NCBI RefSeq assembly: GCF_009834535.1
Contig: NC_045697.1
Coordinates: 12,774,001-12,838,000 of the forward strand
Direction: 5' to 3'
Origin: Camelus ferus
Lineage: Eukaryota
Length of the DNA stretch: 64,000 nt
Shown in pieces: positions 48,641-61,844 of this stretch. The position numbers were made by a program, and so were the translations under genes. The notes under the pieces were generated by a model that searched no databases, had not been told where the DNA came from, and worked only from the letters and a program-made list of their open reading frames with translations. How positions within the stretch are numbered: position 1 is the first letter of the stretch; the number at the start of each line of letters is the position of its first letter.

Positions 48641-51600
48641 GAAATTTTGAAGATTTTTAACAATCTTTTCTTCCTTTAAGCCTGAGTATCAACCATACTG
48701 ACCATTTTAAGCTTCCTAAACACACCAGATTTTCCCTTGCTTTCTTGACATTGAATAGTGTGTTCTCTCTGCCTGGGCTGTGACCACTTCATTTTATATT
48801 TGCCACATGAAAGCTAATAAGGGAAGCAAAATTATTATGTTAAATAGGTAGGACTATTTATTTGACAGCAACACGTGCTCCCTCCCGTCCCCTACTGTCC
48901 ATTCAAGCCCAGTTTATGAGACTGGTTCTTCCTGTCCACCTCAATCAGCTGTTCAGTCTTAGATAACAAAAATGTCATTGTAACGCCAATCCACAAAGAA
49001 GTCTCAATTCAATCCTAATTTTGTCCATTACAGTGTAATAATAAAAATCTTAAAACTTTGTTGGAAGGCCAGTTTTCCCATCCTGTAGCATAGCTAGGAC
49101 CTGGGTCAAGCTGATTACATGCAGGAGTGAGGCTTCAGAGATTGCTTACATTTTCCCACTACCAGCACTTCTGCTTTTCTTCCCCCATCTTGCTAGTAGA
49201 TTTCTGACCAGTAGAATTGGAAAACTTTCAGCAGTAGAGGGAAGAGAGATACATGAAGCAAAATTTTTTTTTCATTAGAAAAATATGAGTTAGCTGGGTT
49301 TGGTGGTCTCTGGGTCTAGGAGGTGTTTGCAGTGACTCATTCATTCTCTGATAAGTTTCCTGGATTCTTGTGAGGCCTGTTTTTCATCACTGGGAACTCT
49401 GATTGGACAAGTGTGTTAATGTTATTGCCTGGCCAATTACGACTTCATCCTAAGCTTGTAGGTGACAAAAGTACAATTCTAGTTTCCAAGGTTTCCAAGA
49501 CCCCTTGCCTCTCCACACATGGGAGAATGAGAACCTCTCATTTCACTTTGCTCTCTCATGTGTAGTCTACTTGTAGTTCATGGGAACAAGCCACGTGGGG
49601 CCCATCTACATAGGCAGTGCAATTACTCCCCAAACTGCGCTTGCTATGGTGCCTTTTCCACTGGTCTCCATAGTCAATCTATCCCTCTTTAGATTTTTCA
49701 AGGCAAAGAAACAGAAGTGAGTCCACTTTGCTTCTTGAGTCTCCAGGACATATAATAAGCACCCTGAGTGCTCATTCGAAGCCTTTTCTCAAGGTTTGAG
49801 GTGAGGCATGGGAATGCCATCCCTGACCTTCTGGCGCTAGTGGCACTCATAGAACCCAATGGATTTCTCTAAAATTCCTCCTTAACCTCTGACTCCTCAA
49901 CATTTTACACTTTATATGTGGGAGAGGTGTTGAAAATTGTGAATTAGTTTTGTTACAAAGTCCTGGCTATTCTTGAACCCTAATCTGGAATATGGCTGAG
50001 TTAGAGTTAGAATCAGCTAAACTGATTCTAAAAGGATTCATTTAAATGTATTATTACTCAAAACTGAGAGAATGTTTGTTCTCATCTACATGAAAGTCCC
50101 CTCTAAAAAAAAAGCATGCTGGAGAGTTCAGAGTGCTGACCCATCCTTGGAGGTGTTGGGGTTGTATCTCTGAATGAATAAATTCGGTCGAACATTATTT
50201 AAAATAACAACACAATGAATTAACACAACTTCCTTGTGCAACATAATGATCAATAAAGGAAAGACACAGGTGCCTTAGAGAAAAATTTAATCTAAGTGCA
50301 AATCTTTTATTCATAAGTCTCAAATTAAATCTGCTTGACTTTTGAAAGCTCCATTTAAACATTAATAAATGTTTTTGTATCAAAGGGGAAAATACCACAG
50401 TTCTTTTGTAAACTAAAATGCATATGATTTTACATATTCCCAAATGAAAAACATGAGCCAAACACAGTGTATAAATGAGCAAAAAGAGTTAAAATGATTT
50501 TACCATAAGTTCCAGTGTAAGTTATGTTCACAATTGCATCCTTTGCTTATGAACAGTAATATTGTCACACGTTTATGTTTGTCAAACATAAAGAGCATTC
50601 TTGACTAAAGAATTCAATTTACTGAGGAATTAAATTATTTTATTATTGTTACTGCTGAACAGCTCTCTGTAAAATCCTCTACCATTAAGGCAAAGTTAGC
50701 TTGGGGAAAAAATGAAAGATCACCCACTCTTATGAACAATAAATGCTCATAGAGCTGACTTGAGGATGGTCCAAAGAGACTCAGCAAAGGCCAGTACATT
50801 CTCAGATATTCACAAAGTCTGAAGCCTTATGCCTTATGGAATGATAAAATAGAACCAGGCTCTTTGGCTTGTGGTGCTTGGAACATCTGATTTTATTCTG
50901 TGAGGGCAAAGGGTCCTAGTTAAGACCATAGTCAAAATACACGCAAAAGTATTCTGTGAAGACTTCTCATTGACAAATAAACACAGAACACTTAAGAAAA
51001 AAGAATAAAATTTCCAAAGACAGCTTCAGTTTGGGAACCACTATAAATGCTGGTTTGCACTTTGGATTGTTTTAGAGATGTGCAGATTAAAATCTTGGAC
51101 TCCTGGTGAATCAACAGTATTCTCTGAAGTTAAAATCACATTCATATCATGAGATGAAAGCAGAAAATAAAGTGAGATAAAATAAATTCTCTAATGATTT
51201 GTAGGGTTTTCCTCTCTTCCCATTATCACAAGGGAAATGGTAATGATATAAGGGTATTTATAATAGACTTGATTGTGAAAGAACTGGATGGTGGTTAAAA
51301 GTGTGTGTTTTTGGAGTCCAAGCACTAGTATTCTAAATCTGAATTTACAGTTAGTGCATTTGGTCACAGGCTCAAAAAGGGGAAGGATGGTGCAAGCTCA
51401 TTCCTGCCCGGGGAATGCTTCCACAGAAACCCAAACATGAGGGAGCAGATTCCAGCTGCTGCTGGAATCCTAACTTTGTTTCCTGACACACTTCCCCTTG
51501 TTGCGTCCGTTGTGTCAGGTTACACATCCTAAAATAGTACTTTGATCATCTCAGGGTCAGTTCAGGAATCTACAATATTTCACTGTTGCTCCCCCATCTC

Positions 51601-52639
51601 CCCTCCCAACAAAAAAGTTATTTCATAAACTCAAGTTTAAAGTCCTTAAAATCATACTTACATCTACTTTTCAAGCTCTTTTAACATTTTACAGTCTACA
51701 TAAGCTTCCCTGTCTATAAAACTAGGTATTTTACTTTCCTGCAGAGACTCTTAAACATTATTCCTTTCGCTACTCTCCTTTCCCCCTGCTATTCATGCTT
51801 GTCTTGATTTGGAAACGTGTGTGTCCCCACCCCCTAAATACCGCCTTGTATCCTGAAATCGCACCTCCTCTAGAAAGCTGTCTACAAAGTTTCATAATGA
51901 AATGAGCTCTTTAAAAAAAAAAAACGTTGGCAGTGTATCCTAGATACCTTTTGATGTATTTGCATATCTACCTCTAGCACAGTAGAAGTGCTAGACTTAG
52001 GACGGCAAGCAGAAAACAAATTCTTTGTCACTCACTTTGCTCCATCATCCCTCCCCTTCCCAGTCCAATATCAGAGCTAATCCTATAGATTTTCTGGCCA
52101 TTTTCATACAAAACAAAGTCTCATTTCTAGATTATTTAAAAAGTCCAGTCGAGCCTAAATTGAGACTCAATCTCTGACCTATTGAGTCCTCTCAGCTCCC
52201 GCTGTCCTGCCTGGGGCCCCAAAGCTGGTAGACAGCCCTTTTTTGGTTGTATTATTTTGAGAGGATCTAGCTCAGCAATATTTGCCCTTTGGTAAAACTT
52301 GTAGGCTGCCTTTGCCCCCTTTGCAATGCAATTCCAAGCAGCTCCAGCCAAGTTTTAGCTTTAAACTGTCTGAAGAGAATGTTCAACACCAAATCCTTTT
52401 GCCTTACCAAAGATGCTAGTTAAAGAAACGTTCAATATACTCTGCCCCAGTAACAGAACAGGACGGTTCTTTGAAATTCTATAGCTTAGCAAATAAAAGC
52501 CTGATGTCAGTATCTCTTCTGAGAAGAACAAACGTCTCTATGAGGAGTAGCCTTCTCATCTTCTATATTTAAGATGGGTTGGGGAAACATAATAAGTAGT
52601 ACTGGGGAGAAAAACCAATATGGCACCCACTTCCCAGCT

Positions 52640-53862
52640 CCTCCATTGGGGCAGAAAGCAGAGTGGTATCAAGCAATATAATACAGAATAAAGGAAAAGA
52701 GAACTCCCACACGATCTTCTCATTGATACAGTAAAAGCACTTGACAGAAGTCAGTACCCTTGATAGAAACACTCAACAAACCAGGAATAGAAAGAAGAAA
52801 ACTACCTCAGCAGAATAAAGACTGTATTTGAAAACCATAGCTAACATCATGCTCTATGGTTAAAGACTGAAAGCTCTTTTTCTGGAAATGCCTGCTAAAA
52901 TGAATCCCTGGATCCTTTCCAACATGTGTGGGTTGAAGCTTCCTTATACCAAAAGCAATTCTGGTTGGCCAGCAGGGTGGTCAAAAATTCAACTCCATTC
53001 TGATACTATCTACCCAGAGATAGAATCAGATTCCACAGATAAAGGTCTCAGTTGCAAAAAACCACCCTCCACTTCAGATGCCAGTCATAAGTCCAGGTTC
53101 TTGCCTATACTTCTGACCAACTGGCTGTAGATCAGAGACTCCCACACCCAGCTCCTTGGCTTTGATTAATTTGCTAGAATGTCCTACAGAACTCAGGAAA
53201 ACTCATTTACTTACTAGATTACCAATTTATTATAGAAAGATATTAAAAGATATAGATCAACAAGCAGATGAAGAGATACACAGGAAGAGGTTCCAAATAA
53301 AAGGGCTTTTGCCCTCGTGGAGCTTGGGGCCTGGCACCTTGATGCTTGGGAGCATTCTGTTTCCCCAATAGAAGACTCTCTGAAAAGGGGACAAAAGGCT
53401 GTCTATCCTTCTGGGTGTTTATGGAGGCTTCATTACATAATTATGACTGACTAAATCATTGGCCAGTGGTGATTGATTCAACCTTCTCTCTCCCTAGAAA
53501 TCAGGTGATGGGGCTGAAAGTTCCAACCCTCTAATCACATGATTGGTTTTCCTGGCAAACAGTCCTCACCTTTGGATGGGATCCCAAAGTCACTTTCCCT
53601 GAAGCATTTTCAGGAACAGGCCTAGAGAACAAATATCCTATTGCTCTTATCACTTAGGAATTCCATGTGTTTGGGGAGCTGTGAGCCAGGAACTGTGAAT
53701 GGAGATCAAATTCTCAGGGTACTAAATAAGAAGTATTTCTTTGGTTGTCTGAATGATCAAATATATATATTTTCCTACAAATCATAAGATACCAGCTTTT
53801 ACCACCTCCCTTCCCTGGTACTGGATGTCCTAGTCAGAGCAATTAGATAAGACAAAGAAAGA
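52640..53862 (+). mobile_element. Old L1 ORF2 fragment split by a MER21-like LTR
   Basis: 'cattgatacagtaaaagcacttgacaga...cactcaacaaaccaggaatagaa...aaagactgaaagctctt'; resumes 'gtactggatgtcctagtcagagcaattaga'. Confidence 0.7.
52889..53793. mobile_element. MER21-like LTR
   Basis: 'aattcaactccattctgatactatctacccagagatagaatcagattccacag...ccacttcagatgccagtc...acttctgaccaactggct...tgattaatttgctagaatg...gggctgaaagttccaaccctctaatcac'. Confidence 0.75.
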
Positions 53863-54225
53863 AAAATACCATATGATATCACTTATATGTGGAGTCTAAA
53901 AAATAGACAAATGAACTTATTTACAAAACAGAAATAGACTCACAGACATAGAAAACAAACTTATGGTTACCAAAGGGGACAGGAGTGGGAAGGGAAATTT
54001 GGGAGTTTGAGATTTGCAGATACTAACTAATAGGGTTCATACTGTACAGCATAGGGAACTATATTCAATATCTTGTAGTAATTGATAGTGAAAAAGAATA
54101 TGAAAATGAATATGTGTATGTTCATGTATGACTGAAACATTATGCTGTACACCAGAAATTAACACAACATTGTAAACTGACTTTACTTCAATAAAAACTA
54201 TATATATATACACACACACACACAT
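53863..54225 (+). mobile_element. Young camelid-type L1 3' UTR with TA/CA microsatellite tail
   Basis: 'aataccatatgatatcacttatatgtgg...gaatatgaaaatgaatatgtgtatgttcatgtatgactgaaacattatgctgtacaccagaaattaacacaacattgtaaactgactttacttcaataaaaa'. Confidence 0.85.
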
Positions 54226-55339
54226 AAACAAGAAATGGCTAAGATGGTAAACTTTAGGTTATATTTATCTTATTACAATTAAAATTAAAAATTTTCCAGC
54301 AGTGTGCACACTTCCCACCACTGTCCATCACCAATGGATTTTAGAAAAGTTTGAGCTTTTGTATAGCTACTCTGAAAGCCATCAATGTGACCTACGTGAA
54401 AATATATTGTGTTGAAATATATTTACAATAACTGAACCTTTTAAATTCTGGTAGCTTTTGAAAAATTAAATATGTTGGAATATACCTTAATAAAATGTTT
54501 AATGAATGGAATCCATGAAGCTTAATATTTTGACAGCTTTGTTGAATTGTAATTGTATTTATTGAAAACAAAATGAGAAGTCATTGACACTAATCACAAC
54601 AAAATCAAAGCAGGAGTTTAAAAAATTAAAGACCAAGTGCTCAAACAACTGAGATATAACTTTGATTTTCTCTAATTTGTGCTTTGGAACATCTTGGTAA
54701 AAAAAAAAAATCATCAGAGATGTTATTGTTATTTGGTTAAATTCATATCTAATAACATAATGAAATGAAATTGATGTGGCCTAAATTTATAGCATCTAAC
54801 TTTGAAACATTAAGAAATATGAATAGAGGTATTATTTGATGAGCTTTACTGTGTCAAAATATTTGTTGAAGAAATATCGTGTAAATGAAGAAAAAAAAAT
54901 ACCTGTGAGAATATTTGAGTTCTGATTTATATAGGTTAACACAGAAAAATAGAATTGAGTATATTCTTCATTTAGCACAATTTTCTCTGAGTTTACCAGT
55001 TATCTCAGCACCTACAAAAAGAATAGTCTGTAAAATGTGAGTATTATGGTCTATATGTAAGCTTGAAATGTCAACAATTTCAACCTATGAGCCTTAAATT
55101 GTAACTCTGAGATAAATGTCAGGCACATCCTCTCCAATAGGTAACATTATTGAACTTTAACTTTTAATACTCTCAGGGTGTTAAACGGTATCTCAAGATA
55201 AAGAATGCTCTCCTTGGGTAACAGGGGCTGGTGATGTTCCACCTGCCACAGGAAGGACCCTCACTGCCAGGTGGGCAGCAAGCCGTCTGTTTCCAAAACC
55301 CCTCATAGACCAGCTTTCTCAGAGCGTTCTCAACCACTG

Positions 55340-55710
55340 TTGTAGCTTGGCACCCCTAGGTGTAGATACTGAGAGGGAGTTTAGCCTGCAGGTTATTTAT
55401 TAAGAATCAGCTCCGTTGGAAGAGAAGGAAAGAAAGCAAGATTGGGTAGAAGAAGATGTTGAATCATGTTAAAAGCCTGTCAAAGCCTCTTCCAACTCCA
55501 CAGGAACCTCTGGAACAAAGTCCATCATAGTTGTACAAAGTTGGCCAAAATTGTTAGGCTTTTTTACCCAAGTATTATTCAGTCAATAGATGAGGACAAC
55601 CCTAGGGCGTGTGTGCCTCAGATCTCTGAAGCTTCAGCAAACCTGAAGAGACTCACGGCTGGAACAATTGAAGGAGGTTCTAGGTGGACTAGCTGTGTTT
55701 CTGCCACAAG
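55340..55710 (-). mobile_element. ERVL LTR (LTR16-like) remnant
   Basis: 'agatactgagagggagtttagcctgcaggttatttatt...gaaagcaagattgggtagaagaagatgttgaa'. Confidence 0.5.
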
Positions 55711-57317
55711 ATCTAGACTGCAGCGTTCTCCTCTTTGTCTTCAGTGTTTCAGGTTTTTATATTTTGCTCTGTGCTTTTTGGTATTTTACTTATTTGCTCT
55801 TCTAGGTCAAAAATAAAGCTCTCAACAAGAATCTACAGAATTGCTTTATAGGAATATCATGGTTTTTTTTCCTAACTCTATAATGTATCTTGGGAGATAC
55901 CTTTATTGTAAGTGCTCTTATATTTTTACTCAGGTTTTCATCCATTGTCTCAGCTGTCCTCTTTCGCTGGGTCAATGTTGTGGTCACTCCACATGGTTTT
56001 CTACTTCCTGAGTGCTTACTCTCTTTGAAGAATTGGTGACTTTTCTTTGTTAGATTATGGGGCATCTGGCTGGTTACCACTATATCCTAGAATGTGCTGA
56101 GGAAGAGGATCTCTTCCCCTGCGGGGCAGGAGGCAGTGTGCAAGAAGAGGCATTGCCTCCCCTGACCAGGAACTTGAAAGATGCTCTCTACACTGTCTTG
56201 GTTCCCTGGACTTTTAGAGCCACGACTCTGTCTGTTCACTTTTATTGCAGTTTCTGTCCTATCCATTGTCTAAAGCTGTTTGATGAACGTTACCTTTCTC
56301 TGATTAAAAAAAGAAAGTACAAAATAATCATAATACTTTTTCCATCCGTACTCAGTTTTCCTCCCAGTGCTGAAGCATGGGGAAGCTGTAAGGATTCTCC
56401 TAAAACTCATTTTGGCTCTTGAGACTCAGTTTCATCTTAGAAGATTTTACTTCTTGAGGAAATCGTTCTCTATTCTGATTATTTCTGGAATACCCTACAC
56501 ATAACTGCCCGTCTAAGGGGAAAAGTCAGACTTGATAGAAAACCACAGCATATCATTGTCAGAGGGAGAAAGTTTTGAGTTCGAATCTCAAATGTGTCAT
56601 TTACCAGGTTTAAATGTTGGGCAAGTGATTTGGTTAAAGCAGAACTCAATCCGTTCTCCTTAAGCAGTGTTTTAAAGTTACCTTGAAATTTAGTTGTGTT
56701 ACTTAAGAAATGATTTTATGTACTATTATTTATACTATTATTTGATGGGGTTTAAACTTGAACTCAGGACTGTCTAATTCTAAGGATACTTTTTTCTCCT
56801 ACTACTTATATAACCTTATTTATTGTAATGTAACTTCCAGCTTTATTCTAAAAATGTTATATATCATCATCACAGAAATTTACTTTTAATATAATTGTCA
56901 TATGACACAAAGTACTATTCCTTAAAAAATTTTCCCACCATTTAAAAATGTAAGCAAATGTAGATCATCAAAAGATATTACTAAATTTACTGTATTACAA
57001 CTGGATTGGAACTGAGGGTTGAGTGGAGATAAAAGAGATGGTACATGTTGGGTGGGGGCGTGAGAGGGACATAGACAGAGAGATAGAGGTAAAGACTGAG
57101 ACACATGTGAGAAAGAGAGTGATGAAGGCACATACAAAGAAAAGAAAAAGGAAGAGAGAGGGAGATGTGGCCTTTGGCTTTCCACCTTACGGAATACTAG
57201 TCCAAGCCAATTAGATCTAAAGGCAAGATAAGACAACTCTAGCTGACACTTTCGGATATGAATACAAACAAAAATAATTGATCCCTTAATTCTGTCACTA
57301 ACTAGTCAGTTTATAAT

Positions 57318-57645
57318 AAGGGTCAGCAAACTATAAACCGTGAACCAAATCTAGCTTGACACCTATTTTTATATAGCCTGCAAGTTAAGAATATTTTCAC
57401 ATTTTAAAATTGCTAAGAATATTTTTCACATTTTAAAATTGCTAAAAAATAGAAGAATATTTTGTGGCATGTGAAAATTAAATTAAAATTTTCATGACTA
57501 TATATAAACTTCTGTTGAAGCACAGGCATACCTATTTGTTTACATGTTCTTTTTGGCTGCTTTCGTGCTTGCTACAAGGCAGAGTTAAGCAGTTGTCGTG
57601 AAAACTGTATCGCCTGCTGGCCCAGTGTTTGGTATCTCCTGGTCT
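57318..57645. mobile_element. MER58B-like hAT-Charlie element
   Basis: 'agggtcagcaaacta...ccaaatctagc...taagaatattttcacattttaaa...ttgtttacat...tggctgctttcgtgct...ggcagagttaagcagttgtc'. Confidence 0.75.
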
Positions 57646-58377
57646 GTAGACATACTCTTTACAGGGATCCAAATTCTGGCTTGTAAACTTTGGGTACACG
57701 TGATCCATTTTTAGTGTTCAAGGAGAGGTTTTGATGGAAAGTGCCCATCCTCCTCTTTGAGAAGTGACATCAGTAGAGTTGTTTCCAAGTCAACAGGTCT
57801 AGAAACACACAGTATCCTGCCTCCCATGTGGATCAAGCTAATAAACATCCAAATAGGTTACACTGTTTGTCTTGCTTTGTTACTGGAACATCTTAATAAT
57901 TATCAAATGACTTCATTAGGCGCACTCTTCCCATCATGCATTTCCAGCGTCTTTTTACTTGCATTTTCACTGTTCTCTATAAACATTGCTGTGGATTCAT
58001 CTCCTTATCTTTTATGTCTAATATCTTGCTGAGCTATACCTGGAGGTTAACACTTAGTTGAATTACTAAGGGTGGGTTAAACCAGAATTTCAAAGGAAAA
58101 TTCTCTGACAATGTTTTTCCAAGGAGCTGTGGGCTCCTCATTCAAGCCATTGTTATATCCTGAAAAAAGCTTTCTATTGCCTTGTTTCTCTCAAAGGATT
58201 TGTCCTTTCTACTGATTTCAGCATTCCATTTTTTTTTTTGTTTTTTGTTTTTGTCTGTTTGTTTTTTACCCTTCATTAATCTTATTGTTTGTTTCTTCAG
58301 GTATGTCTCTTCTTATTCTTTATAGAAATAAAAAATAGAGCAATGAAAAAAAAGAAAATAATGTTTAACTGACTTCT

Positions 58378-58720
58378 TTAAAATAGCTTTTTTGAGGTAT
58401 AACTCATACACATAGAACTGCCATAATTAATGTATACCATTGAATAAGGCTGTATATGTACAAATATCCATGATGTCATAGCATCAATCAACATTAGAGG
58501 CATCCAACATTTTCCAGAGTTTCCTTGAGTCCCTTTGTGTTATTGTTTTTGCCGTTTTTTTTAATGGGGAGTTGTTGTTAAATGGATGTAAAGTTTTGGT
58601 TATACAGATGAATAAGACTTCTGTACAACATGAGACATACAGTTAAAAGTACAATATTGTGCACTTCAAAATACCTTAAAAGCGTAGATATCATATTAAG
58701 TGTTCTTATCATATATACAT
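58378..58720 (-). mobile_element. Older L1MB/L1MA10-like 3' end with internal inversion
   Basis: Antisense terminus 'atagcttttttgaggtataact...agtttccttgagtccctttgtg' abuts the sense upstream piece 'gggagttgttg...gtagatatcatattaagtgttcttatca'. Confidence 0.65.
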
Positions 58721-58753
58721 GCAAAAAACTTCTGAGATTAAACTCAGCAAGGT

Positions 58754-61082
58754 GATTAATGCCTATCCTTATCAAACTATTTCAAAAAATTGAAGAGGAA
58801 GGAATGCTTCCAAACTCAACCTATGATGCCAGCATTACCCTAATACAAAACAAGAAAACTACCCTACAAAAAAGAGAAATTACGGGCCAATATTCCTGAT
58901 GAACACAGATGCAAAAATCCTCAACAAAATATTAGTAACCAAATTAAACAATGCATTAAAAAGATTGTACACAATGATTAAGTGGGATTTTTTTCCAGGG
59001 ATGTAAGGGTGGTTCAGTGCCTGCAAATCAAATCCATGTGATACACCACATAACATGATATAGGATAAAAATCACATGATCATCTCAATAGATACAGAAA
59101 AAGCCTTTGATAAAATTCAAGATTAATTATGATACAAAAGTCTCAACAAAGTGGGTTCAGAAGGAACGTACCTCCACATAATGAAGGCCAAACACGACAA
59201 ACCCACAGCTGGCATCATACTCAATGGCTAAAGGCTAAGAGCATTTCTTCTAAGGAACAAGTCAAGGATGCCCACTACTACCAATTTTTTCAACATAGGT
59301 AAGTCCTAGTCACAGAAATCAGATGAAGAAAAGAAATAAAGGGCATCTAAATTGGAAAGGAAGAAGTAAAACTGTCACTCTATGCAGATGACATAATATT
59401 ATATATAGAAAACTTTGAAGACTCCACCAAAAAACTATTCACAGTAATGAGTGGATTCAGTAAATTTGCAGGATTAAAAAAATCAATATACATAAATCTG
59501 TTGTAGTTCTATACACTAATAATGGACTATCAGAAAGAGAAATTAAGAAAAAAATCTCATTTATAATTTCATCAAAAAGAATAAAACACCTAGGAATATA
59601 TTTAACCAAGGAATTGAATGACCTGTGCTCTGAAATTTATATTACATTGATGAAAGAAATTGAAGACAACACAAATGGAAAGATATACAGTGCTTACAGA
59701 CTGGAAGAATTTACATTGTTAAAAGTCCGTACTGCTCAAAGCAATCTACAGATTTGATTCAGTGTCTATCAAAATACCAATGGTATTTTTCACAGAACTG
59801 AGCAAATAAATCCTAAAATTTGTATGGAACCACAAAAAATCCTGATGAGCCAAAGCAATCTTAAGAAAGAAGGACAAAGCTGATTCACTCTGATTTCAAA
59901 GTGTACTAAAAGTTGGTAACTAAAATTGTATGTTTTTTCTGGCACAAAAACAGACACGTAGATCAATGGAATAGAATAGAGAGCCCTGAAGTAAACCCAC
60001 ACTTACATGTTCGATTAATTTATGATGAAGGAGCCAAGAGTATATAGTGGGGAAAGACAGTCTAGACCATTTTCTCACTATACATAAAAAAAAAAAAAAA
60101 AAAAACTAAATACCCCCCCACACACAATTATACAACCCAACTGAAAAATTGGCAGAAGACCTGAATAGAATAGCATACAGATGGCCTACTGACACATGAA
60201 AGAATGCTCAACATCATAATCATCAGGGAAATGCAAATCAGAACCACAATGAGATGTCACTTCACACCTATCAGAATGGCTATAATCAAAAAAGCAACAA
60301 AAACAAGCATTGGTGAGGGTGTGGAGAGAAGGGAACTCTCTTGCATTGTTGGTGGGAATGTAAGTTGGTGCAGCCACTATGGAAAACAGTACGGAGTTTC
60401 CTCAAAAAATAGAAAATAGGGCTACCATAAAATCCAGCAATTCCACTCCTCGGTATTTATCCAAAGAAGACAAAAACACAAATTCCAAAAACTATATGCA
60501 CCTGTATGTTCATTGCAGTATTATTTACAATAGCCAAGATGGAAGCAACCTAAGTGTCTATTGATATATGAATGGATAAAGATGTGGTATGTAAACAATA
60601 GAATATTACTCATCCATAAAAAGAGTTAAATCTTCTGATTCGCAACAGTGTTAATGGACCTAGAGAGTGTTGTGGGAAGTGAAGTAAGTCAGACAGAGAA
60701 AGACAAATACCATATGATTTCATTTCTATGTGTGCCATCTAAGAAACAAAACAATAGGAAAAAAACTAAAACTGAAAGAGACTTACAGATAAGAGAATAA
60801 GCTGGTGGTTGTCAGAGGGGAGGGAGGTTAAGGGGGCTGTGCAAAATAGGTGAAGGGCATTAAGGGATACAAAATTCCAGTTATCAAATAATTAATTCAC
60901 AGGGATGTAATGTATGAGTAGGGGATATAGTTAATAGTATTGTAACAACTTTTATTGTGACAGGTTACTTGACTTATCCTGGTAATCAATTTGTAATGTA
61001 TATAAATGTTGAATCACTTTGTTTTACATACAAAATTAACATAACATTTCATGCCAACTGTATTTCAATAAAAATTTTAAAA
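58754..61082 (+). mobile_element. 5'-truncated L1 (ORF2 RT region to 3' UTR), frameshifted
   Basis: 'ttgaagaggaaggaatgcttccaaactca...ctatgcagatgacata' (YADD motif); '[26 protein letters not shown]'; terminus 'aactgtatttcaataaaaa'. Confidence 0.9.
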
Positions 61083-61844
61083 TATTATTCATATTAAAAT
61101 AGTTACAAATAAGTTTAAACTGAATAATCACTACTTACAAATATTTGCCCCCGTTTATAAATCCTTTCAGACTTCTCTGTAAAAATTGGGTACTCTACAG
61201 AAATAAACTTTAGAAAAAGAGAACTCAGAAAGTAAGTTGAAAGAGAAGAAAGACAGAATAATTCAATTTTCCATTGTAATGTTTGAAATGACCAGCTCAC
61301 CCTCATGGTTTTTTGAACTTACATTCAAGTTTTTGTATATTTGTTATATAAACTCACATCTTCTCTTTTGCAGGAGGTTATATAAGGCTCTCTTAGTCGA
61401 ATCATCCTGTGCATAGCTTATAGGCAAATGGAGACTTGGTGTTATGAAACATCAAATTAGAGAAACCACGGAAGATAATTTTAGCTCTTACTGAATCTCA
61501 GCTACATTTTGCCCTGGTCTAAATTTTTGTGGACCAGACTTTCAGGATAAATGTATGACTTCACAAGTTTGCTTGAATTGTGTGAGAAAGACAGGGCTCA
61601 TCAAACTGACAGAATCTTGAAACACTCTGACATTAGTTGCTTTGACTACTTTCAGCTGAGACAATTTGTTCTATTCTGATATTAGTTGACATCATGTATG
61701 AATATATCACGGGGGAAATAGTCCACAAGCTGACATTGTCCTGACCCAGAAATTTCTCCAGGAGCAAGAACTCCACTTGAATACGTCTATTGTGATTTTT
61801 CTCAGCCTAAGAAGGAAATGTGTTGATGTGTATATGCCTGTTCA

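Noticed and set aside
51448..51469. 9-bp hairpin GATTCCAGC/GCTGGAATC (also 42181-42204)
   Set aside because: Short stems are expected by chance in 64 kb; no miRNA- or terminator-like context
55466..56422. ORFs of 116, 92 and 121 aa
   Set aside because: Partly LTR-derived, no recognisable homology and no coherent exon structure
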